DNA of 64,000 nt from an uncultured Bacteroidales bacterium. Its GTDB lineage: Bacteria; Bacteroidota; Bacteroidia; Bacteroidales; GCA-2748055. The DNA lies in assembly GCA_963753765.1 (NCBI GenBank), contig CAVWDQ010000006.1, positions 65,297 through 129,296 of the forward strand. The letters run 5' to 3'. Under the pieces are notes generated by a model. That model made no database searches and had not been told where the DNA came from. It saw nothing but the letters and a program-made list of their open reading frames with translations. This document shows positions 21,188 to 29,896 of this stretch, in pieces. Position numbers and translations under genes: made by a program. Every line of letters begins with the position of its first letter. Within the stretch, counting starts at the first letter, position 1.

Positions 21188-21212
21188 CTTACTAACCCAC
21201 TAACCTACTAAC
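21183..21212 (+). repeat. Four ACTAAC units at an exact 8-nt period in the GH26-symporter spacer
   Basis: The sequence is actaacTTactaacCCactaacCTactaac, with units at 21183, 21191, 21199 and 21207. The first unit contains the GH26 stop codon. The array ends 9 nt before the ATG at 21222. Confidence 0.9.
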
Positions 21213-21221
21213 CCTCCTCCT

Positions 21222-23045
21222 ATGCAACTCAAACTGATCGACATCCTGATTATCTGTGCCTACCTGGCCTCGACCATTGTCATTGGACTGGTCATGAAAA
21301 AGCGCGCCCAGGCAAATAAAGCCGCCTATATGCTTGGTGGAAACAAACTTCCCTGGTATATGCTCGGACTCAGCAATGCTTCAGGGATGTTCGATATCTC
21401 GGGAACCATGTGGCTGGTTACGCTTGCCTTTGTTTACGGACTGAAGTCCATCTGGATGCCCTGGCTCTGGCCGGTCTTTAACCAGATCTTCCTGATGGTT
21501 TTTCTTTCCATTTGGCTGAGGCGTTCCAACGCCACAACGGGCGCCGAATGGATCCGCTCCAGGTTTGGTTCAGGAAAGAGTGGTGTGCAATCGCACTGGA
21601 TTGTTGTGGTCTTTGCCCTGATCTCCTGTCTGGGTTTCCTCACCTATGGTTTTATCGGACTGGGAAAGTTTGTGGAAATTTTCATTCCCTGGGAGGTGAT
21701 TTCACCCTTTGTTCCCTTTGAGGTGGCACCGCAGTATGTGGCCCATGTGTACGGAATTGTCTTTACACTATTTGCCATGTTCTATGCCATCCTCGGTGGG
21801 ATGACCAGTATTGTTTGGGCCGATGTGATCCAGTATTCCATTATGACTATCTCTGCCATCGTGATCGGGGTGATAGCCATGAATGCACTTACCGACCATC
21901 CCCTGCTGGTACCCGAGGGCTGGATGAATCCATTCTTCAGAGCCAGGCTCGATATGGACTGGACAGGCATCATCGGTGAGGTAAATGAAAAAATTATCAG
22001 CGACGGTTACTCTCTCTTCGGGATTTTCTTCAGTATGATGCTCTTCAAGGGGGTGCTGGTGAGTCTGGCCGGGCCTGTTCCCAACTATGATATGCAGAAG
22101 ATCCTCTCCACCAAATCACCTAAAGAGGCAGCAAAAATGTCGGGCTTTGTATCCGTCATCCTGATGCCCACCAGGTACTTTATGATCGCAGGTTTTGCCG
22201 TGCTGGGACTGCTGTTTTATGACCAGCTGGACCTGATTGTTGGTAACAAGATTGATTTCGAACAGATCCTTCCCTCAGCCATCAGTCAGTTCGTGCCTGT
22301 TGGCTTCATGGGGCTCTTGTTGGCCGGACTGCTGGCTGCCTTTATGTCCACCTTTGCAGGAACCCTCAATGCGGCACAGGCCTATATCGTTAATGATATC
22401 TATCTCAAATACCTCAAGCCAGATGCTTCACGCAGACAGGTAAGTCGTACCAACTACCTTACCGGTATAACAGTTGTGGCCATCTCAGTGTTCTTTGGAT
22501 TCTTCGCCCAGGATGTGAACAGTGTATTGCAATGGATTGTATCCGCCCTATGGGGAGCCTACACGGTTTCCAATATCCTGAAATGGTACTGGTGGCGCTT
22601 TAACGGTTCCGGCTTCTTCTGGGGAATGCTTGTGGGAATGATCTCTGCACTAATTTGCAGCAGGATTTTTGACTTCCTGGACCTCTACTACTTCCCCATT
22701 ATCCTGGTTATATCGGCTATCGCAGCCATTATAGGCACCTATCAAAAACCTCCTACAGACGAGGAGACCCTGAAGAATTTCTATAAGAATGTGAAACCCT
22801 GGGGATTCTGGAAGCCCATCCATGAAAAGGTGGTAGCAGAAGATCCTTCCTTCGAAGGGAATAAGGATTTGGGCAGAGATATTTTTAACATTGTGATAGG
22901 AACCATTGCCCAGACGGCCCTGGTGATCTTCCCCATCTATATTGTGCTCAAAAAAGTGCTGCCACTGGGAATCGCACTTGCCATTATCGTAGTATGTTTT
23001 ATCATTATGAAGAAAACCTGGTGGGACAGACTGCCTGAAAAATAG
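21222..23045 (+). CDS. Sodium:solute symporter family transporter
   Basis: 607 aa with about 13-14 TM helices and an SSF-like N-terminus (YMLGGNKLPWYMLGLSNASGMFDISGTMW). Its position matches the symporter of the Bacteroides mannobiose pathway. Confidence 0.8.
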   Translation: MQLKLIDILIICAYLASTIVIGLVMKKRAQANKAAYMLGGNKLPWYMLGLSNASGMFDISGTMWLVTLAFVYGLKSIWMPWLWPVFNQIFLMVFLSIWLRRSNATTGAEWIRSRFGSGKSGVQSHWIVVVFALISCLGFLTYGFIGLGKFVEIFIPWEVISPFVPFEVAPQYVAHVYGIVFTLFAMFYAILGGMTSIVWADVIQYSIMTISAIVIGVIAMNALTDHPLLVPEGWMNPFFRARLDMDWTGIIGEVNEKIISDGYSLFGIFFSMMLFKGVLVSLAGPVPNYDMQKILSTKSPKEAAKMSGFVSVILMPTRYFMIAGFAVLGLLFYDQLDLIVGNKIDFEQILPSAISQFVPVGFMGLLLAGLLAAFMSTFAGTLNAAQAYIVNDIYLKYLKPDASRRQVSRTNYLTGITVVAISVFFGFFAQDVNSVLQWIVSALWGAYTVSNILKWYWWRFNGSGFFWGMLVGMISALICSRIFDFLDLYYFPIILVISAIAAIIGTYQKPPTDEETLKNFYKNVKPWGFWKPIHEKVVAEDPSFEGNKDLGRDIFNIVIGTIAQTALVIFPIYIVLKKVLPLGIALAIIVVCFIIMKKTWWDRLPEK

Positions 23046-23053
23046 CTTAGGGC

Positions 23054-24286
23054 ATGAGTATCAAAGGTCTGAAGGAATTACGTGAAGAACTGGAGCTTGA
23101 GTTGAAGGAAAACATCCTGTCCTGGTGGATGACTTATACACCCGACCGGGAACTTGGAGGTTTTTATGGCCATATCGACCATCAAAACCAGGTGGTGAAA
23201 GGAGCCGGGAAAGGATCGGTCCTGAACGCCCGGATACTCTGGACCTTCTCGGCTGCCTACAGGATGTATCAGCAGCCCGAATACCTGGAAACAGCCAGGA
23301 GGGCCTATGCCTATATCATCTCATATTTCACCGACAAGAAACACGGAGGGGTCTACTGGGAACTGGAGCCCGATGGGAAGGTACGCTCATCCCGCAAACA
23401 GATCTATGCCATTGCTTTTACCATCTATGGCCTGGTGGAATATCATCTGGCCACCGGAGATGATCAGGCTCTGAAGTATGCCATTGGTCTCTTCAGGGAC
23501 ATAGAAGGCCATGCCCTGGACCGTATGTATAATGGATATACCGAGGCGCTGACCAGGGATTGGAAAGAACTGGAGGATTTGCGGCTCAGTGAGAAGGACG
23601 ACAACGAAAGTAAGACCATGAATACCCACCTCCATATCCTGGAAGCCTATGGAAACCTGTACCGGGTATGGAAGGATCCTGCCCTGGAGAAGGCCCTGGA
23701 TAATTTAATCCGGCTCTTCCTGGAGAGGTTTGTGGACCCGGAACGCAAGCAACTGAACCTCTTTTTCGATGAGCAGTGGAAGTTGAAATCGACCCTGATT
23801 TCTTTTGGACATGATATTGAATGTTCATGGCTTCTCCATGAGGCAGCTGAGATCCTGGGAAAAGACGAGCTGGTCAAGGAAACAGCCAGGCTGGCTGTAA
23901 AAATGGCCAGGAAAAACATGAATGGTCTGGACCTTGACGGAGGACTAAGCTATGAGTATTTTCCGGAAACCCTGAAGTTAGACACTGATAAGCACTGGTG
24001 GCCGCAGGCAGAGGCTATGGTCGGATATTTCAATGCCTGGCAGGAGTCGGGAGACCAAAGCTTCCTTGAAAAATCCCTGGGAAGCTGGGAATTTATCAAG
24101 GCCTTCCTGGTTGATAAAAAAATGGGCGAATGGTACTGGAGCGTAAACCGGGACAGAGAACCCCAAACCGAAAAGGAGAAAGCCGGTTTCTGGAAATGCC
24201 CCTACCACAATGGCCGTTCCTGCCTGGAGTTAATCCGGAGAATTAAGGAAATTGATAACAAACTAGCCAAGACAGAAGAAGCATGA
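23054..24286 (+). CDS. AGE-family epimerase (cellobiose/mannobiose 2-epimerase)
   Basis: 410 aa with (alpha/alpha)6-barrel AGE motifs (GGFYGHID, NARILWTFSAAY, GGVYWEL, KTMNTHLHILEAY, FGHDIECSWLL, KCPYHNGR). Confidence 0.85.
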   Translation: MSIKGLKELREELELELKENILSWWMTYTPDRELGGFYGHIDHQNQVVKGAGKGSVLNARILWTFSAAYRMYQQPEYLETARRAYAYIISYFTDKKHGGVYWELEPDGKVRSSRKQIYAIAFTIYGLVEYHLATGDDQALKYAIGLFRDIEGHALDRMYNGYTEALTRDWKELEDLRLSEKDDNESKTMNTHLHILEAYGNLYRVWKDPALEKALDNLIRLFLERFVDPERKQLNLFFDEQWKLKSTLISFGHDIECSWLLHEAAEILGKDELVKETARLAVKMARKNMNGLDLDGGLSYEYFPETLKLDTDKHWWPQAEAMVGYFNAWQESGDQSFLEKSLGSWEFIKAFLVDKKMGEWYWSVNRDREPQTEKEKAGFWKCPYHNGRSCLELIRRIKEIDNKLAKTEEA

Positions 24287-25464
24287 GCACATTATTTGAA
24301 GAACGACTGAAGGTCATCCGACTGGAACATGAGGCACTGCTGTCCAGGAAAAACGAAAAACTCTATAGCACCAATGGCATCTTTCACCGCTATAAATTTC
24401 CCATTCTGACCCGCGACCATTTCCCCATGGAGTGGCGCTTTGATTTTAATCCGCAGACCAATCCCATGTTTATGGAGCGTATTAGTTTCAATGCAGCTTT
24501 TAATGCAGGAGCCATTAAATGGAAGGGGAAATACCTGCTTGCAGTGCGCGGAGAGGGCAACGACCGCAAATCCTTTTTTGCCATTGCCGAAAGTCCCAAT
24601 GGTATAGATAACTTCAGATTCTGGGAGCGGCCCATTAGCATGCCCGAAACCGAAGATCCGGATACCAATGTATATGACCTCAGGCTAAGCGCCCACGAGG
24701 ATGGATTTATCTACGGGGTTTTCTGCACCGAACGAAAGGATCCCCATGCAGCGGATGGAGATACCAGCAGTGCTGTAGCTGCAGCAGGAATAGCGCGAAC
24801 AAAGGACCTGGTGGAGTGGGAAAGACTTCCTGACCTTATAACATACGGGGGACAGCAGCGTAATGTGGTGCTTCACCCCGAATTTATCCAGGGAAAGTAC
24901 GGCTTCTACACCCGTCCCCAGGATGGATTTATCGATACAGGTTCAGGAGGGGGAATTGCCTTTGGACTCTCCGACTCCATGGTCAATGCCGAGGTAAAGG
25001 AAGAGAAGGTCCTGGATGCCAAAACTTACCACACCATCTACGAACTGAAAAACGGGCAGGGTCCCGCACCCTTAAAAACAGAGCATGGTTGGCTCAACCT
25101 GGCCCATGGGGTCAGAAACTGTGCGGCCGGGCTCCGCTACACCCTCTATATGTTTATGACGGCAGTTGACGATCCTACAAGAGTAATTCATAAGCCAGCC
25201 GGGCTCTTTATGGGCCCCCTTGGCGAGGAACGGGTGGGTGATGTATCCAATGTACTCTTCACCAATGGATGGATTGCCGATGACGATGGCAAAGTGTTTA
25301 TCTACTATGCTTCGTCCGATACCCGCATGCATGTGGCCACCTCCACCATAGACCAGCTGGTGGATTACTGCATGAATACGCCGGAAGACGGTCTCCGCTC
25401 AGCAGCCTCAGTGCAACTGATTAACAGCCTGATCGACCAAAACAAAGCTTATCTGAATTCCTAG
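24283..25464 (+). CDS. GH130 4-O-beta-D-mannosyl-D-glucose phosphorylase
   Basis: 393 aa. It contains YLLAVRGEGNDRKSFFAIAESPNGIDNFRFWERPI, DTNVYDLRL and IYYASSDTRMHVATS. There is a 4-nt start/stop overlap with the epimerase gene. Confidence 0.85.
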   Translation: MSTLFEERLKVIRLEHEALLSRKNEKLYSTNGIFHRYKFPILTRDHFPMEWRFDFNPQTNPMFMERISFNAAFNAGAIKWKGKYLLAVRGEGNDRKSFFAIAESPNGIDNFRFWERPISMPETEDPDTNVYDLRLSAHEDGFIYGVFCTERKDPHAADGDTSSAVAAAGIARTKDLVEWERLPDLITYGGQQRNVVLHPEFIQGKYGFYTRPQDGFIDTGSGGGIAFGLSDSMVNAEVKEEKVLDAKTYHTIYELKNGQGPAPLKTEHGWLNLAHGVRNCAAGLRYTLYMFMTAVDDPTRVIHKPAGLFMGPLGEERVGDVSNVLFTNGWIADDDGKVFIYYASSDTRMHVATSTIDQLVDYCMNTPEDGLRSAASVQLINSLIDQNKAYLNS

Positions 25465-25481
25465 TCCAGCCCATTGGGCTA

Positions 25482-25519
25482 TGATGCTATCAAATGAGTT
25501 AATGCATTTGATAGCATCA
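25482..25519. terminator. Bidirectional hairpin between convergent GH130 and GH94 genes
   Basis: A perfect 15-bp stem pairs tgatgctatcaaatg (25482-25496) with catttgatagcatca (25505-25519), around an 8-nt loop. There is no strong U-tract on either side. Confidence 0.6.
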
Positions 25520-25523
25520 GTCC

Positions 25524-27962
25524 CTAATTGCCCAGCACTACCTTTACCTGGTTCACACTGCCTGCTTCGCAGATGGGAACCAGGTTGCCTTCCAGTTTCT
25601 CACCATTGAGGATCAATTCCTTCAGACCGGATGACACATGACCGGGATTACTGACTTCGATGCGATAGGTGGCTCCCCTGAACTTCCGGGTCACCGTATA
25701 GCCATCCCAGCTGTCGGGTATAACCGGATTAATGAGAAGGCCGTCATGGTCGGCTCTGATGCCCAGGATATACTGCGAAATAGCATAAAAGTTCCAGGAA
25801 GCGGTTCCGGTTAGCCAGCTGTTTTTGGCTTCCCCTGGTTTAAAGGCATCCTTTCCCGCAATCATCTGGGAGTAGACATAGGGTTCGGTCTTATGCAGAT
25901 CGCTGATCTCCTCCAGGTAGGGAGGACAGATCTTCCGGAAGTAATCCCACGCCGCATTGCCGTTCCCTTCCAGGGTCTCGGCAATCATGATCCAGGGATT
26001 GTTATGGCAGAAGATGCCGGCATTCTCCTTATAGCCCTCAGGGTAGGTGCTGATCTCTCCATACTGCACATGGTAACGGGTGAAGGCCGGATTGTTGAGC
26101 ACAATTCCGTATTCACAGTCAAGGCGCTCTTTCACCGAATCAAGGGCTGTTCTGGCACGGCCATCCTCCAGTCCGATCCCGGCCATAATGCACATTCCCT
26201 GTGATTCAATAAAAATCTTTCCCTCTTCCCGCTCATCGCTTCCAATCTTTTCACCAAAATGGTCGTAGGCCCTGATAAACCACTTTCCATCCCAGCCATG
26301 CTCGTCCACCACCTTCTTCATATCTTCAATATGCCGGGCTGCCCGGTCAGCCTCAGCCTCCTTACCAAGCTTGTGGCAGAGCTTCACATAGGCATCTCCG
26401 TAGAGTACAAACATCCCTGCAATAAAGACCGATTCGGCCACTCCTCCTTCACGGTTTTCGGTGGTCTGAAAGGACTCTCCCGGAGTTTCCGAGAAACAAT
26501 TCAGGTTCAGGCAATCGTTCCAGTCGGCCCGACCGATCAGGGGAAGCTTATGGGGCCCCAGGTTGTTCACCACATGGTCGAAGGAACGCTTCAGGTGTTC
26601 AAAAAGGGTGGCCTTATTGGACTCATCATTATCGAAAGGAACCATCTCCTCAAGGATAGTCCAGTCGCCCGTCTCCTTGATATATTCATCGGTACCCAGG
26701 ATCAGCCAGAGGGGATCGTCGTTGAAGTTGCTCCCCACTGCATCGTTCCCCTTCTTGGTGAGGGGTTGGTACTGGTGATAGGCGCTGCCATCCTCGAACT
26801 GGGTGGAAGCAATATCTATGATTCTCTCACGCGCCCGCTCAGGCACCTGGTGTACAAATCCAATCAGGTCCTGGTTGGAATCCCGGAAACCCATTCCCCG
26901 CCCGATGCCCGATTCAAAGAATGAGGCACTGCGGCTAAAATTAAAGGTAACCATACACTGGTACTGGTTCCAGATATTCACGGCCCTGTTAAGCTCCTCC
27001 TCGGGATGCTCCAGCTGGTATACAGAGAGCAAATCGTTCCAGAATTTCCCCAGTTCATCAAAGGCACGATCCACATCTGCTGCTGTCTGGAATTTTGCCA
27101 TCATCTTCCCGGCAGGCACTTTGTTGATTACCTGATTCTCCACAAATTTTTCTGCCACGGGCACCTCCACATAACCCAGTACAAATACCAGCTGTTTCTC
27201 TTCTCCGGGTTCCAGCTCAATTTTAAGATGGTGGGAGGCTACGGGCGACCAGCCATGGGCATGAGAGTTGCGCGACTTGCACTCCATGACTGCATCGGGT
27301 GCGTCATAACCATTGTAAAGACCCAGAAAGGCCTCCCTGTCGCTATCCAGGCCTGCCACCTGCTCATTGACCGTGTAGAAGGCATAATGATCGCGCCGCT
27401 CCCTGTATTCTGTCTTGTGATAGATGGTCGAGTCCACTATCTCCACCTGTCCAGTGGAGAAGTTGCGCTGGAAGTTGGTATTGTCATCCAAAGCATCCCA
27501 GAGGCACCACTCCACATAGGAGAAGAGCGAAAAGGAGCGCTTCCTGTCGCTGTGGTTGGTCAGTTTAAGCCTTTGCACCTCGCCATGATATCCCAGCGGA
27601 ACCATATACAGCACCTCTGCTTCCAGCTGGTCCACTTCCCCGGTGATCTGAGTATACCCCATTCCATGTCTGCACTCGTAACGGTCCAGCTCGGTCTTCA
27701 CCGGCTTCCATCCGGGCGACCATACCTTTCCGTTCTCGTTGATATAGAAATACTTTCCCCCATCGTCCACCGGAACATTGTTGTACCTGTAACGGGTGAT
27801 CCTTCTAAGGCGGGCATCCTTATAGAAGCTGTACCCGCCGGCTGTATTGGTCACAATGGAGAAAAATTCCTCACATCCCAGGTAATTGATCCATGGATAA
27901 GGGGTGCGTGGATTGGTGATTACATACTCTTTTTTCTGATCGTCAAAATACCCGAATTTCAT
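25524..27962 (-). CDS. GH94 glycoside phosphorylase (cellobiose / cellobionate / chitobiose phosphorylase family)
   Basis: 812 aa beginning [29 protein letters not shown]. It carries the catalytic block [13 protein letters not shown]. Substrate cannot be assigned from sequence reading alone. Confidence 0.85.
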   Translation of the reverse strand: MKFGYFDDQKKEYVITNPRTPYPWINYLGCEEFFSIVTNTAGGYSFYKDARLRRITRYRYNNVPVDDGGKYFYINENGKVWSPGWKPVKTELDRYECRHGMGYTQITGEVDQLEAEVLYMVPLGYHGEVQRLKLTNHSDRKRSFSLFSYVEWCLWDALDDNTNFQRNFSTGQVEIVDSTIYHKTEYRERRDHYAFYTVNEQVAGLDSDREAFLGLYNGYDAPDAVMECKSRNSHAHGWSPVASHHLKIELEPGEEKQLVFVLGYVEVPVAEKFVENQVINKVPAGKMMAKFQTAADVDRAFDELGKFWNDLLSVYQLEHPEEELNRAVNIWNQYQCMVTFNFSRSASFFESGIGRGMGFRDSNQDLIGFVHQVPERARERIIDIASTQFEDGSAYHQYQPLTKKGNDAVGSNFNDDPLWLILGTDEYIKETGDWTILEEMVPFDNDESNKATLFEHLKRSFDHVVNNLGPHKLPLIGRADWNDCLNLNCFSETPGESFQTTENREGGVAESVFIAGMFVLYGDAYVKLCHKLGKEAEADRAARHIEDMKKVVDEHGWDGKWFIRAYDHFGEKIGSDEREEGKIFIESQGMCIMAGIGLEDGRARTALDSVKERLDCEYGIVLNNPAFTRYHVQYGEISTYPEGYKENAGIFCHNNPWIMIAETLEGNGNAAWDYFRKICPPYLEEISDLHKTEPYVYSQMIAGKDAFKPGEAKNSWLTGTASWNFYAISQYILGIRADHDGLLINPVIPDSWDGYTVTRKFRGATYRIEVSNPGHVSSGLKELILNGEKLEGNLVPICEAGSVNQVKVVLGN

Positions 27963-28037
27963 GTGGAAGTTTCTTTTTTATCGATTTGCGTGTGTTCATG
28001 CAATGTACTTAAATTTACAATTACTACATTTATCACA

Positions 28038-28519
28038 ATGCAAGAAAAAACAGATCACAAAGCCTTCCTGAAGTTAGCAGTTGATGAGGCCTTCACTGGT
28101 ATGAGAGCCGGAGAAGGAGGCCCCTTTGGCGCTGTCATCACCAGCAAGGGAAAGATCATTGGCAGCGGACACAATACTGTACTTGCATCCAGGGATCCCA
28201 CAGCACATGCAGAGGTGAATGCCATCCGGAATGCCTGCAAACATCTGGAGAGCCATCACCTGACGGGGCAGTCATCTACTCCAATTTTGAACCCTGTCCC
28301 ATGTGCCTTGCAGCCATATACTGGGCAGGAATACGCACCCTCTTCTTCTGTAACGATCGTTCCGATGCAGAGAGGATCGGCTTTATGGACAAACACCTTT
28401 ACCGGGAACTATCCCTGGACCAGGACAAAAGGGAAATCAGGACATCACAGCAGGCCCTGCCGGAGATGGAAGTACTTATTGAGGAATGGATGGGACTGGA
28501 AGGGAAACAACTATATTAA
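28038..28519 (+). pseudogene. CMP/dCMP-type zinc deaminase (guanine deaminase-like), one frameshift
   Basis: It begins MQEKTDHKAFLKLAVDEA...GGPFGAVI...PTAHAEVNAIR (HAE motif). The frame is lost in the G4 run 28265-28268. Adding one G gives HHLTGAVIYSNFEPCPMCLAAIYWAGI (PCxxC motif), joining ORF 28301-28519. Confidence 0.8.
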
Positions 28520-28566
28520 TATGCAATTATAATAAATCGAACATACTAACTAAACCAGATCAAATC

Positions 28567-29859
28567 ATGGACAGAAGAAATTTTATTGGAAAATCGGCTC
28601 TTGCCGCTGGTGCAGCAGCCATTATTCCAGGCCAGGCTATGGCTAAAGATTCAAAGAAATATATTGCCCCCAGTGACAAAATTAACCTGGGTTATATTGG
28701 GACGGGCAAACAAAGCCTGGGACTTTTAAGAAGTATTGCCGGTTGCCCGGAGACCATGGTGCTGGCTGCCTGTGATGTGGACAAAGTTAAACTGGATCGT
28801 TTCAAAAAAGCAGCTGAAAAAGCCAACTCTGTTAAACTGGATGGTGGCAACCAGGTGGTTGACACCTATGAAAATTACAGGGAACTCCTGGAAAGAAAGG
28901 ACATTGATGCGGTGGTGATCGCCACCCCCGATCACTGGCATGCCATGATTGCCATTGATGCTGCAAAAGCAGGGAAAGATATCTATTGTGAAAAACCCAT
29001 GGCACTTACCGTTGCTGAAGGCCGGGCCATGGTCTCTGCCACCAGGAAGTATGAGCGTGTGTTCCAAACCGGAAACATGCAACGGTCCTGGAGGAACTTC
29101 AGGCATGCCTGTGAGATGGTTTCCAACGGATATATCGGGGAGATCAAGGAAATAAATGTAAGCGTTGGAGATCCGGTTATGGCCTGTGAGCTTCCTGCTG
29201 TGCCGGTTCCGGAGAATCTGAACTGGGACCTCTGGGTGGGACCTTCCATGTTCAGGAATTACAACCCCGAGCTTGCCCCTCCTATCAACGACAATAGTTG
29301 GGCCAACTGGAGAGCCTACCGCGATTTTGGCGGCGGATTGATCACCGACTGGGGTGCCCATATGTTTGATATTGCCCAGTGGGCCATGGGTATGGATAAT
29401 TCAGGACCCATTGAGTTTATCCCACCGGAGCATGGAGCCAAAAGGGGAATGCAAATGAAATATGCCAATGGTGTAATCATGAATCACGTCGACTGGGGCG
29501 ATTTCAATGCCGTTCAGTTCCTGGGATCCGAAGGAAAAATAGAAGTGAGTCGGAGTTTTTACCGCTCCGATATTGAAGGGCTCACTGAAATTGAACTGAA
29601 GGACAGCGATACAGCGCTATATACAAGTGATAACCACTACCAGGACTGGGTGGATGCCATAAAGAAGAGAACACGTCCGGTTTCCGATGTGGAGACTGGT
29701 CACAGGACCGCTTCACTGTGCAATATCGTTAATATAGGCTATACACTGGAACGTACACTGAACTGGAAGCCCGCTCATGAGAAATTCATTGACGACGATG
29801 ATGCAAATGGTATGCTTACCAGGCCTTTCCGAGGATCGTGGGATTTTCATGACTTTTAA
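28567..29859 (+). CDS. Tat-exported Gfo/Idh/MocA-family oxidoreductase
   Basis: The twin-arginine leader is MDRRNFIGKSALAAGAAAIIPGQAMA. It has a Rossmann motif (INLGYIGTGKQS), DAVVIATPDHWHA and an EKP motif (YCEKPMALT). The track ORF starts earlier (28486), which I consider read-through. Confidence 0.85.
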   Translation: MDRRNFIGKSALAAGAAAIIPGQAMAKDSKKYIAPSDKINLGYIGTGKQSLGLLRSIAGCPETMVLAACDVDKVKLDRFKKAAEKANSVKLDGGNQVVDTYENYRELLERKDIDAVVIATPDHWHAMIAIDAAKAGKDIYCEKPMALTVAEGRAMVSATRKYERVFQTGNMQRSWRNFRHACEMVSNGYIGEIKEINVSVGDPVMACELPAVPVPENLNWDLWVGPSMFRNYNPELAPPINDNSWANWRAYRDFGGGLITDWGAHMFDIAQWAMGMDNSGPIEFIPPEHGAKRGMQMKYANGVIMNHVDWGDFNAVQFLGSEGKIEVSRSFYRSDIEGLTEIELKDSDTALYTSDNHYQDWVDAIKKRTRPVSDVETGHRTASLCNIVNIGYTLERTLNWKPAHEKFIDDDDANGMLTRPFRGSWDFHDF

Positions 29860-29896
29860 AATTTCAATCCTGACAGTCATACAAAACTCAAAAAAA

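Noticed and set aside
21189-21212. TACTAAC within the repeat array is identical to the yeast intron branch-point consensus.
   Set aside because: The context is bacterial, with no splice-site-like boundaries. The motif is repeated in phase in an intercistronic spacer, so the resemblance is coincidental.
27006-28532. A 508-aa + strand ORF, the longest 'novel-looking' ORF in the track.
   Set aside because: Its first ~340 codons are antisense shadow of the GH94 gene and have no recognisable motifs. Only the last part (from ATG 28038) is a real deaminase gene, which then changes frame at 28265.
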